Source of the DNA: Candidatus Electronema sp. JM
GTDB taxonomy: Bacteria; Desulfobacterota; Desulfobulbia; Desulfobulbales; Desulfobulbaceae
Assembly: GCF_048287415.1 (NCBI RefSeq)
Contig: NZ_JBLWEN010000001.1
Coordinates: forward strand, 88,790 to 152,789
DNA: 64,000 bases
Direction of reading: 5' to 3'
Under the pieces are notes generated by a model, which was given only the letters and a program-made list of their open reading frames with translations, did not search any database and had not been told where the DNA came from. This document shows, in pieces, positions 55,546 to 63,860 of the stretch. Within the stretch, counting starts at the first letter, position 1, and every line of letters starts with the position of its first letter. The position numbers were made by a program, and so were the translations under genes.

Positions 55546-55785
55546 ATGAGATGCGTATGCTGCGGAGGGCCGCTCAAAAGCGGCACAGTGACATTCAGCT
55601 ATGAGGATGAGGAAGCATACATCTTTGTTGAGCATGTTCCGGCTGATGTATGCAGTCATTGCGGCGAGAAAGTGTATTCCCCGGCTGTTGCGGACATGCT
55701 GCTGGATATCGCTCAAAGGAAGAGCGAGCCAGTCAAGATGCTCCATATCCCTGTTTATGATTTTGCTCAAACGAAGAGAACATGA
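55546..55785 (+). CDS. YgiT-type (MqsA N-terminal-like) zinc-finger protein, no HTH domain
   Basis: MRCVCCGG...GTVTFSYEDEEAYIFVEHVPADVCSHCGEKVYSP shows the CxxC...CxxC YgiT pattern. The stop overlaps the next start (ATGA). Confidence 0.7.
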   Translation: MRCVCCGGPLKSGTVTFSYEDEEAYIFVEHVPADVCSHCGEKVYSPAVADMLLDIAQRKSEPVKMLHIPVYDFAQTKRT

Positions 55786-57314
55786 CTCCACCTGTCGGCC
55801 TGGCCAAGCACGAGCAGCTGCAAGCGCTTGCAGCTCAATACGGCTGCCCTGTCCTGGAATACAGCGAGAAGGTCAGCGTGCCGTTCCTCATCCTCATTCA
55901 GCTCAATGCGGAGCAGCTGCGGCAGGAAGGCTGGCTGCCGCTACACGTCACGGAAGAGAAGGTGAAAATCCTCACGCACCGCGCCCCGGACGAGGTCGCC
56001 GCCGCTGTCCGCCAGACGCTGGGCGAGGTGGAGCTTGATTTTGTCCTCACTGTGCCGCATGACTTTATCCGGGTCTTTGAGCACAGCTGCGATCTCAACC
56101 CCAGATTCCCCATGCCCGCAGGCCGCACGCCGCTGGCCAGAGTGCGCACTTACTTCGCAGGCCGCCGCTCGCTTTTCGCGCACTACCGCACCTTGATGGC
56201 CAAAAGCCGCACCGATCTGGCCACCGTCCGCACCGCGCTGTCCTTCATGACCATCGCCCTGCTCGGCGTGCGGGTCTTCGGCCTGGGCACGCTGGCAGTG
56301 CTGGAGCTGCCGCTCTTTCTCCTCGGCGCATGGGTCTGCGTTGACAGCATCGTCAGCTACCTGCCTGCCCGCCGGGTGAAAAGCCGTCTGCCCGCCTGCT
56401 CCGGCACCACGCCGACCAACGGCACCACAGTCTTGGCGGCCTCGAACGCGGAGGATTTCCCGCTCTTCCGCCGCCTGCCTGAGACACCGGGCGCAGCCGC
56501 CTTGCGGGCAGGCTGGACCAAGCTCACCCCGCTGATGCGCCGCCGCTTTCTCGCCAGCGACCGCACCGACATGGCCGAGGAGCGGACAACGCTGGCCTGC
56601 CTCCGCACCAAAATGGCGAAGGCGCGCACCGGCCTGGCTTTTGTCCGCACCGGCCTGGCCTTTTTCTCCCTCGGCTTCGGCCTGATGCGGGCCTTTCCCG
56701 AAGTCATTTATTGGCACATCTTAGATGTGAGTTTGATGGCCGCCGGAATCCTCATGGCACTGGAAGGCTTCTTCTGGTATAAAAAAGGTCGGCCTGCGGG
56801 CGAGGAAGGGCAGGCTTCGGTGGAGAAAGCGAACAAGGCGGGCACGATCTGGGATTTCTTCTTCCCGCATGTCGCGGCCTGCCCCAGCCCCAATCCCCTG
56901 CAAACCCCGCCAGTGCGCCGCTCGCACGCGCCGGGCCTCTGGGCGACCACAGGTCTAGCTTTGGAGCGCACCGTCTTAGCTGACCGCCGCAATGTCATGG
57001 CGCGGCTACGGACGGTCATGGCCCGCTCGCGCACGGGCATGGCCTTCATCCGCACCGGCCTGAGCATCCTGCTGATCGGTGTCACCTTCTTGGTCTCCTT
57101 CCCGGATGCGGGCCTGCTCTGGCAGCTGCTCGACTGGTGCCTGATCCTCGGCGGCTCCGTCTTAGTTGCGGACGGCTTTTACTGGACGGTGCCTGCGGAG
57201 CGGAAACGGACGGAGTTCCCCTACTGCTTCGCGGATTTGGAAATAGCTCTGGCGGATTACGGCATTCCCTCCCGCCATTGGCGGAAGACGGTGTTTTATC
57301 GTGCAAGCAAGTAA
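55782..57314 (+). CDS. Membrane protein: T2SSE_N (GspE/MshE N-terminal-like) domain + three DUF202 (YidH-like) modules
   Basis: The N-terminal ~100 aa fit the GspE_N pattern (QYGCPVLEY...LNAEQLRQEGWLPLHV.EEKVKILTHRAPDEVAAAVRQTLG.VELDFVLTVPHDFIRVFE). There are three RTxLAxxRTxLA motifs (SRTDLATVRTAL, ERTTLACLRTKMAKARTGLAFVRTGLA, RNVMARLRTVMARSRTGMAFIRTGL), each followed by paired TM helices. Confidence 0.7.
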   Translation: MTPPVGLAKHEQLQALAAQYGCPVLEYSEKVSVPFLILIQLNAEQLRQEGWLPLHVTEEKVKILTHRAPDEVAAAVRQTLGEVELDFVLTVPHDFIRVFEHSCDLNPRFPMPAGRTPLARVRTYFAGRRSLFAHYRTLMAKSRTDLATVRTALSFMTIALLGVRVFGLGTLAVLELPLFLLGAWVCVDSIVSYLPARRVKSRLPACSGTTPTNGTTVLAASNAEDFPLFRRLPETPGAAALRAGWTKLTPLMRRRFLASDRTDMAEERTTLACLRTKMAKARTGLAFVRTGLAFFSLGFGLMRAFPEVIYWHILDVSLMAAGILMALEGFFWYKKGRPAGEEGQASVEKANKAGTIWDFFFPHVAACPSPNPLQTPPVRRSHAPGLWATTGLALERTVLADRRNVMARLRTVMARSRTGMAFIRTGLSILLIGVTFLVSFPDAGLLWQLLDWCLILGGSVLVADGFYWTVPAERKRTEFPYCFADLEIALADYGIPSRHWRKTVFYRASK

Positions 57315-58539
57315 CGAGACGCTCCTGACGGCCTTGGCCCGGAAGGGCGTTCTGCCGGCAGAGACGCTGGCGGAGATTGAGCAGGCCGCCACGCTGCGCG
57401 GGCTGGCGCCTGCGACGCTGCTGGTCTATGAGTACAATGTGCCGCGCGTCACGCTGCTGGAGGCCTTGGCTGAGATTCACGCCTGCCAGCCGGTGGAGTA
57501 TGATGAGCGGCTGCCCATCCCGCCGGACTTCCTGCCCAAGCTCTCCGGTCCGGCCTTGCTGAAGGAAGGCTGGTTCCCCATCTTCTTGGAGGAGGACGGC
57601 ACTGTGACGGTCGCCGCCTCCAACCCTGCCGCGCCGGGCCTGTGCGCTTCGGTGCGGCAGACGCTCGGATGCAGCAATGTGGTCTGCATGGTCACCCTGC
57701 CGGAGGACGTGCAGTGGTTCATTCAGGATTATCTGCACGCGCCGCCCGGCCTGCTTATCGGCACTGAGCGCACTGGCCTGGCCTATTGGCGCAACACCAT
57801 GGCCCAGTGGCGGACGCTGCTCGCCTGCTGCCGCACCGACATGGCCAAGGCGCGCACAGCACTGGCCTTTGGCCGCTTTGGCCTCTCGCTGATCACGGTC
57901 GCCATGACCTTGCTGCGCCTGACTCCGCCGCGCCTGCCCAAGCCTGCGGCCTTCCTCCTCCTGGCTTTGGGCCTGCTCTGCAACGGACTGGGCGTGGCGG
58001 TGTATCTGCGGATCCGCCGCTCGCAGCTACGCCCGCCCGGCAGCCAGACGATCATGGAAGTGACTGCGGCCACCATCTCGTTCTTGGAGCAGTACCATTT
58101 CCCGGAAGAGCTGAAGGGCAGCCTGCCGCCGCCGCAGACCGGCGCATCCATGCTCGCCCGCCTGGGAGAGCTGCTCGCCGACTACTCGACCATCCTTTTC
58201 CCGGCTCCGCCCAGCCGCGAGCGCACGCATCTGGCCCGTGAGCGCAACGTGCTGGCGGCCCAGCGCACGGTGGCTGCTTGTTACCGCACCATCTATGCCC
58301 GCGCCCGCACTGGGCTGGCCTTCACCCGCACTGGCGTGAGCTTCTTCAGCTTTGGCGTGGGCCTGATCCTCTATTTCGGCCTCGGCCTGAACACCATCTT
58401 TGATGCGCTGCTGATTGCCGCAGGCCTGCTGATGATCACCGACGGCCTGCTCTGGTATCTGCCGGTGCGCAAAGAGCAGGCCGAGCTGCCGCGCTCGCGC
58501 AGCGGTGCCCTGGCTGGCTGGGAGGATGACGACGAATGA
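57301..58539 (+). CDS. Paralogous membrane protein: T2SSE_N-like domain + two DUF202 modules
   Basis: GTG start overlaps the upstream gene by 14 nt. ARKGVLPAETLAEIEQAA...LSGPALLKEGWFPIFLEEDGTVTVAASNPAAPGLCASVRQTLG...MVTLPEDVQWFIQDYL is followed by RNTMAQWRTLLACCRTDMAKARTALAF and ERNVLAAQRTVAACYRTIYARARTGLAFTRTG. Confidence 0.7.
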   Translation: MQASNETLLTALARKGVLPAETLAEIEQAATLRGLAPATLLVYEYNVPRVTLLEALAEIHACQPVEYDERLPIPPDFLPKLSGPALLKEGWFPIFLEEDGTVTVAASNPAAPGLCASVRQTLGCSNVVCMVTLPEDVQWFIQDYLHAPPGLLIGTERTGLAYWRNTMAQWRTLLACCRTDMAKARTALAFGRFGLSLITVAMTLLRLTPPRLPKPAAFLLLALGLLCNGLGVAVYLRIRRSQLRPPGSQTIMEVTAATISFLEQYHFPEELKGSLPPPQTGASMLARLGELLADYSTILFPAPPSRERTHLARERNVLAAQRTVAACYRTIYARARTGLAFTRTGVSFFSFGVGLILYFGLGLNTIFDALLIAAGLLMITDGLLWYLPVRKEQAELPRSRSGALAGWEDDDE

Positions 58540-59942
58540 AGATCCTGCACCGCATCTGCCTGTCTGACGCGATCAACATCTGCCTTTTGGTGCTGATCGG
58601 CCTCTTTGCGATCCACTCCTTTGACGAGCTGCTGGCCAAGTTCCGCTTCACCACGATTGCTGACGGCCTCAACGCGGCCTTTTTGGAAATGCGCATCGCC
58701 GAGAAGAACTATCTTCTTTACGGCGACAAGGAGGCCCTGAACTCCATTTCCACCCGCATTGCTGAGACTGTCCCGGTCTTGGAGAAAGAGCGGGAGAACA
58801 TCGAGCAGGTCACGGGCGGCAGCGACTACAAGTACCTTGTCCAGCTGCTGGCCGAGTACCGCAGCGATGTCCTTGCCCTGCGAGACGGGCATGGCGCGGA
58901 CAAGCGGGTGCGGGAGTCCGGCCACAGCCTGCGCGCCTTCTCCGAACATCTCACCGCCATGGAGCGGGACAAGGTGGCGCAGATCATCGAGCGCTCGAAA
59001 GCCGTGCTCCGTCATTCCTTCTGGGCGGTGATCTTCTTCGCCTTTGTCTTCACCCAGTGGAATGCGCGGAGCATCCGCCGTTCCCTTCGGCAGGTGGAGC
59101 AGCTGACACGCTCGATTGCCAAGGGCGAGTTCTCCCTTATCCAAGAGAAGCCAGCGGCAGATGAGCTGGGTTCCATCGTCCAGGCGATCAGCACGATGTC
59201 GGACGAACTGAACCGGCGCGAAGAGGAGATTGTCCGCTCCAAGCGCCTGGCTTCCATTGGTGTGTTGGTGGCCGGTGTGGCCCATGAGCTGAACAATCCG
59301 CTCAACAACATCTCCATGATTGCGCAGACCTTCACAGAGCTGCACGACAAGCTGAACAGCGGGCAGCAGCTGGAGTTCATGGCCCAGATTGATGAGGAGA
59401 CCGAACGCCTGCGGGTGACAATCAAGAACCTGCTTGATTTCTCCAAGCCCAAGGAGAAGGAAATGGAGCCGCGCTGCCTGAACGAGGTGGCGCAGAAATG
59501 CATTGGCTTAGTGCAGAACATGCTGACCATCGGCAACATCCGCACCAAGCTGGCCTTGGCCGAAAACCTGCCCCAGCTCTGCTTGGACGAGCACCAGATT
59601 CAGCAGGTGCTGGTGAACATGCTGATCAACGCCATTCAGGCCATGCCGCCCGGCGGCGTGCTCAGTGTCAGCACCCGCCTGCTGCCTGAGCAGCACATGG
59701 CGGAAATAGAAATCAGCGACACCGGCAAGGGCATTCCGCCGGAGCTGATCAACCACATCTTCGACCCCTTCTTCACGACTAAAGACGAGGGCGGCACCGG
59801 CCTTGGTCTCTGGGTCAGCTACGGAATCATCAAAAACCACGGCGGGGAGATTCACGTCAAGAGCACAGTGAACAAGGGCACGACCTTCACTGTCACCCTG
59901 CCGACAGACTTGGAGCGATGTCAGCTATGCACAGCATCATGA
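58536..59942 (+). CDS. Sensor histidine kinase (TM, HAMP, HisKA, HATPase)
   Basis: ATGA overlap with the upstream gene. H-box VAGVAHELNNPLNN, N-box NMLINAIQAM, and G-boxes DTGKGIP and GTGLGLWV. Confidence 0.85.
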   Translation: MKILHRICLSDAINICLLVLIGLFAIHSFDELLAKFRFTTIADGLNAAFLEMRIAEKNYLLYGDKEALNSISTRIAETVPVLEKERENIEQVTGGSDYKYLVQLLAEYRSDVLALRDGHGADKRVRESGHSLRAFSEHLTAMERDKVAQIIERSKAVLRHSFWAVIFFAFVFTQWNARSIRRSLRQVEQLTRSIAKGEFSLIQEKPAADELGSIVQAISTMSDELNRREEEIVRSKRLASIGVLVAGVAHELNNPLNNISMIAQTFTELHDKLNSGQQLEFMAQIDEETERLRVTIKNLLDFSKPKEKEMEPRCLNEVAQKCIGLVQNMLTIGNIRTKLALAENLPQLCLDEHQIQQVLVNMLINAIQAMPPGGVLSVSTRLLPEQHMAEIEISDTGKGIPPELINHIFDPFFTTKDEGGTGLGLWVSYGIIKNHGGEIHVKSTVNKGTTFTVTLPTDLERCQLCTAS

Positions 59943-60307
59943 TTATTGACGACGAACGGATAGTGGGCGACATGGCCAAACTGTCCCTCAGTCAGGATGG
60001 CTACGATGTGGAAACGTTTCTCGACGGCGAGAGCGCGCTGAGGCGGCTCAAGGAGAAGAGCTTCGCTGTCGTGGTCACGGATTTGAAGATGAAAGGCGTG
60101 GACGGGCTGGAAGTCTTGCGCAACGTCAAGCAGCTTTATCCGGCAACAGCGGTGATCATGATCACTGCCTTCGCCAATCTTGATGTGGCCATCGAGGCTC
60201 TGCGCGACGATGTTTTTGATTTCTTCCCCAAGCCGGTGAAGATCAAAGACCTGAAAGCGTCGGTCAAGCGGGCAGTGGAAAAGGGAAACATGCCGCAGGC
60301 AGGCTGA
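59927..60307 (+). CDS. Single-domain response regulator (CheY-like REC)
   Basis: IMIIDDE...VVVTDLKMKGVDGLEVL...VIMITAF......A......DFFPKP. Start is ambiguous (59918, 59927 or 59939); 59939 would give an ATGA overlap with the kinase stop. Confidence 0.85.
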   Translation: MHSIMIIDDERIVGDMAKLSLSQDGYDVETFLDGESALRRLKEKSFAVVVTDLKMKGVDGLEVLRNVKQLYPATAVIMITAFANLDVAIEALRDDVFDFFPKPVKIKDLKASVKRAVEKGNMPQAG

Positions 60308-60370
60308 GTCTGTGGCTGCTGTCGGCGATGGAGTTCTTCCTGGCAGCTTATGCTCTGGCAGAGGACACCA

Positions 60371-60448
60371 TTATGCTTGACAAGAGGACAACGTTATCCT
60401 CTTGCGGAGCATAACATTATGCTCTTTGGCTGCATAGTGCTATGCAGC
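60371..60448. repeat. Two consecutive hairpins related to the REP/MITE-like family
   Basis: TTATGCTTGACAAGAGGA (60371-60388) pairs with TCCTCTTGCGGAGCATAA (60397-60414) with a 3-nt internal mismatch. GCTGCATAG (60429-60437) pairs with CTATGCAGC (60440-60448). Confidence 0.75.
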
Positions 60449-60478
60449 GGCAGCAGCAAATATGGTCGTGGCAATGGT

Positions 60479-60506
60479 GTAGGGGCGAAAAATTTTTCGC
60501 CCCTGC
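60479..60506. repeat. REP-like element copy 2 (identical 28-mer containing the 24-nt perfect palindrome)
   Basis: GTAGGGGCGAAAAATTTTTCGCCCCTGC is identical to 31998-32025. Confidence 0.9.
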
Positions 60507-60542
60507 AGCATTGCGGAAAACATGCAAAGGAGGAACGAGGCG

Positions 60543-60674
60543 ATGAACAAAGAAGAAGCCTTGCGGCGGATTAAACACGTGGAGGAGACAGGAGCAACGA
60601 GGCTTGATCTGAGCTTTCAAAGATTGACTGAACTGCCGCCTGAACTCTTTCAAATAAAAAATGAACCAACTTGA
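60543..60674 (+). pseudogene. Truncated duplicate of the ROCO/LRR gene 5' end (43 codons)
   Basis: GGAGGAACGAGGCGATGA(A/G)CAAAGAAGAAGCCTTGC is shared with 53399-53434, with one mismatch in 36 nt. The product MNKEEALRRIKHVEETGATRLDLSFQRLTELPPELFQIKNEPT* parallels the ROCO N-terminus, then terminates where the PpsA-like ORF begins. Confidence 0.7.
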
Positions 60675-63261
60675 TAGTTCTGCCGACAAAGGAGCAACTC
60701 TCCGCAGCCTGTGGACTGCCTTGCTCAAGCTGCTGCCGGGCCGCAGCGCGCCGCCAGTCAGCCCGCGTCTGGTCTTTGAACGCTTTCAGAAGGTGCTGGC
60801 CAGCAACAATCAGGCTTTGGAGATCATTGCCGATCTGGGCGAGAAGCTGGGCGGCGACTACCTCTTTGACATGCGCTATGTTGAGTCCTCGGTTGAGGAG
60901 CTGATTGCGGCGGTGCACAGCTCAGTGCTGGCGGTGAATGAGCTGTGCGGCGACCGTCACGCCAAGCTGCATCAGGTGCATGAGCGTCTGAGCGAGGACT
61001 TGCGCCTGACCCTGGCTGGCCGTGAAGACCGCGAGGGGCCGCTGATCTTCACGCTGGATGAGATCCGCCCGCGCAACTGGGCCTTGGTCGGCGGCAAGGC
61101 CGCGCACTTGGCGGTGATGCGGCATGATCCGCAGCTGCGCGTGCCGGACGGCTTTGTCATCACCGCCCGCGCCTACAACGATCTGATTGACCATAACGGC
61201 CTGCGGCAGCAGCTCACTGCTTTTGAGGAGCTGATGTCCGCCACTGAGCCGGATGCCGACCTGCTGGAGGAGCAGCGCAGCTTGATTGAACAGGCCGTGC
61301 TCGCTGCCGCGCCGCCGCCGGGCCTGTTGGACGCGCTTGCCCAAGCAGCAGGCCGTCTGCCGCAGACCAGCAAGCCGCTCTTCTTGGCGGTGCGCAGCTC
61401 GGCGCAGGAGGAAGACATGGACTTCTCCTTTGCCGGCCAGTTCACGTCGGTGCTCAACGTGCCTGCCCAGCCGGATGCGCTCTTTGCTGCTGCCCGCGAG
61501 GTGATGGCCAGTCTGTTCTGCGCCGGGGCTGTGTCGTACCGCCGCCGCGTCTTCCCGGATGAAGGCAAGATGGCTATTGCCGTGGTCTGCCAGCGGATGG
61601 TGGATTCCCGCAGCAGCGGCATCGTCTTTTCGGTGGACACCATGCAGCTCGCTCACGACACGATGGTGGTGGTGGCCGCGTGGGGCCAAGGCGAGGCGGT
61701 GGTGGAAGGCGGCACAGCCACTGACACCTTCCAGCTCCACAAGGGGCCGCCGCTGCGCATCGCTGCCCGGCAGGTGGCGGACAAAGAGCAAGGCCTCTTT
61801 GCCGGAGCCGAGAGCGGCCTGACCAGCCGGGCCATCGCCAAGGAGCTGCGCACTGCGTCCTGTCTCTCAGACGATGAGCTGCTCCAGCTTGGCAGCACAG
61901 CCCTGCACTTGGAAACGCTCTTCAAGCGGCCGCAGGACATCGAATGGGCCTTTGACAGCAGCGGCCAGCTCTACATTCTCCAAGCCCGGCCCTTGGTGCT
62001 CAACACCCCGGCGCGGGAAAAGGCCCTGCCAGTCCGTGTGGAGCAGCACGAGGTCATCTGCGCCGGACAAGGCAAAGTGGCCCAGCAAGGCATTGCCGCC
62101 GGGCCAGTGCATTTGGTCAATTTTGCTGAGGAGACCGGCGAGTTCACGGAAGGCTCAGTGCTGGTCACGCACCACGATTCCTCCCGCCTCGTCACCTACA
62201 TCCAGCGGGCCGCCGGTGTCATCACCGAGACCGGCACGCCGGTCAGCCACATGGCCACCATCTGCCGCGAGTTCCAAGTGCCCTGCTTGGTCAATGTGGG
62301 CAGCATCCTCGGCAAGGTGCGCGAAGGCGAGCTGATCACCGTGGACGCGGAAGACCGCCGCATCTATCGAGGCTTAGTTGACGAGCTGCTGGTCTATCGC
62401 GCCACCTCCTGCATCAACCTGATGTCCAGCCGCGAGTTCCGCCTGCTCCGCCGCATTCTCAAGAAGGTCTCTGAGCTGCATCTGGTGGATCCGATGATGC
62501 AGGACTTCAGCATAGACGGCTGCCGCACCTATCACGACATTCTCCGCTTCTCGCATGAGTCAGCAGTGCAGGAGATGGTCAACCTTGGCCGCGATGAGCG
62601 GCGGCTGATCAAGGGCAGCATCGTCCGGCCGATGAAGCTGCCCATTCCCACCGGCATTCTGGTGATTGACATCGGCGGCGGCCTTGCCTCTGACGCGCCT
62701 GAGCGCGATGTGCCGTTTCAGGCCATTGCTTCCGTGCCCTTCCGTGCTGTGCTGCAAGGGATGCTCTTCCCGGAGATATGGCACAACAATCCTATGCCGG
62801 TAGGCATCCGCGACCTGATGAACAGCATGTTCAGTCCGATCCGCGAAGAGGCGGCGGAGCAGTACAGCGGCCACAACATCGCCATCATCGGCGGAAATTA
62901 TGTCAATCTTTGCTTTCGTCTGGGCTATCATTATAATATTATAGACGCGCACTGCGGCGAGGCGGAGCAGAACAACCATCTTTACTACCGCTTTCTGGGC
63001 GGCGTGACGGACATGACCAAACGCTCGCGCAGGGCGGCGATGATCGCGCAGATACTCAAGGAGTTCGAGTTCAATGTCCAGACCAAAGGCGACCTGGTCA
63101 CAGCCCGGCTCTCGCGCCTGCCGCAGCGGGAGGCCGAGCGCGCGCTGGACATCCTTGGCAGACTGGTGGGCTACACCCGCCAGCTGGATGTGCGCATGGA
63201 GAGCGACAATGATCCGGGCAGATATGCCGAAGCGTTCCTGAACGGGGAATACAGGGTTTGA
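60661..63261 (+). CDS. PpsA-like protein: PEP synthase-type ATP-grasp + swivelling phospho-His domain + ~300-aa non-canonical C-terminal domain
   Basis: NWALVGGKAAHLAVM, LAVRSSAQEEDMDFSFAGQFTSVLNV, MAIAVVCQRMVDSRSSGIVFSVD, QDIEWAFDSSGQLYILQARPL, and the mobile domain AGVITETGTPVSHMATICREFQVPCLV. The C-terminal region lacks the PEP-utilizer TIM-barrel motifs I know (no GTNDLTQ-like segment). Confidence 0.75.
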   Translation: MNQLDSSADKGATLRSLWTALLKLLPGRSAPPVSPRLVFERFQKVLASNNQALEIIADLGEKLGGDYLFDMRYVESSVEELIAAVHSSVLAVNELCGDRHAKLHQVHERLSEDLRLTLAGREDREGPLIFTLDEIRPRNWALVGGKAAHLAVMRHDPQLRVPDGFVITARAYNDLIDHNGLRQQLTAFEELMSATEPDADLLEEQRSLIEQAVLAAAPPPGLLDALAQAAGRLPQTSKPLFLAVRSSAQEEDMDFSFAGQFTSVLNVPAQPDALFAAAREVMASLFCAGAVSYRRRVFPDEGKMAIAVVCQRMVDSRSSGIVFSVDTMQLAHDTMVVVAAWGQGEAVVEGGTATDTFQLHKGPPLRIAARQVADKEQGLFAGAESGLTSRAIAKELRTASCLSDDELLQLGSTALHLETLFKRPQDIEWAFDSSGQLYILQARPLVLNTPAREKALPVRVEQHEVICAGQGKVAQQGIAAGPVHLVNFAEETGEFTEGSVLVTHHDSSRLVTYIQRAAGVITETGTPVSHMATICREFQVPCLVNVGSILGKVREGELITVDAEDRRIYRGLVDELLVYRATSCINLMSSREFRLLRRILKKVSELHLVDPMMQDFSIDGCRTYHDILRFSHESAVQEMVNLGRDERRLIKGSIVRPMKLPIPTGILVIDIGGGLASDAPERDVPFQAIASVPFRAVLQGMLFPEIWHNNPMPVGIRDLMNSMFSPIREEAAEQYSGHNIAIIGGNYVNLCFRLGYHYNIIDAHCGEAEQNNHLYYRFLGGVTDMTKRSRRAAMIAQILKEFEFNVQTKGDLVTARLSRLPQREAERALDILGRLVGYTRQLDVRMESDNDPGRYAEAFLNGEYRV

Positions 63262-63273
63262 CAAGGAGACGGA

Positions 63274-63717
63274 ATGCAGCTTACAACCACGGCCAGCGAC
63301 AGCTCTGACCTGCTCATTATTGATGACGAGCCGATCATCGGCAAGCGGCTGCAACACACCTTCAGCAAAATTGGACTGAACGCGCAGGCCTTCACCAGCC
63401 CGCAGGCGGCGATGGAGCGTATCAGCAGTGCGCCGGTCCATGTGGTGATCACCGATTTCCGCATGAAGGGCATGGACGGCCTGGAGGTCTTCCGCCAGGT
63501 CAAAAAATTGAGTCCGCGCAGCAAGGTGATCATCATCAGCGGCTACGCCAGCCCGGAGACGGTGGACATCGCTTTTCAGGAAGGGGTGTTCGATTTTCTC
63601 GTCAAGCCGTTCCGCTTGGACGAACTGAAGGAGGCGGTGCGTCGGGCGCTGGAGGAGATCAGCAGGGAGCGGAAAGCAGAAGCGTCAGCCGCGCCATCTC
63701 CAGTGTATGGCATGTAG
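63274..63717 (+). CDS. Single-domain response regulator (CheY-like REC)
   Basis: RBS AAGGAGA. LLIIDDE...HVVITDFRMKGMDGLEVF...VIIISGY......A...G..DFLVKPF. Confidence 0.85.
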   Translation: MQLTTTASDSSDLLIIDDEPIIGKRLQHTFSKIGLNAQAFTSPQAAMERISSAPVHVVITDFRMKGMDGLEVFRQVKKLSPRSKVIIISGYASPETVDIAFQEGVFDFLVKPFRLDELKEAVRRALEEISRERKAEASAAPSPVYGM

Positions 63718-63753
63718 AATTGTCCCCTGCGTTGAGTGGCTACGTGATGCAGC

Positions 63754-63771
63754 AGGGGCGAAAAATTTTTC
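63754..63771. repeat. REP-like element copy 3, truncated after the left arm and loop
   Basis: AGGGGCGAAAAATTTTTC matches the first 18 nt of the 24-nt palindrome and then diverges (ACACCTTATATT...). The upstream motif CCCTGCGTTGAG (63725-63736) is shared with copy 1 (31963-31974). Confidence 0.75.
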
Positions 63772-63860
63772 ACACCTTATATTAGAGCCTGTTACTGTTA
63801 ACACTAGACCTCTTGCGTAAGTCACAACTTATTGATAAAAGAAGCTATGACCTGTTAGCA

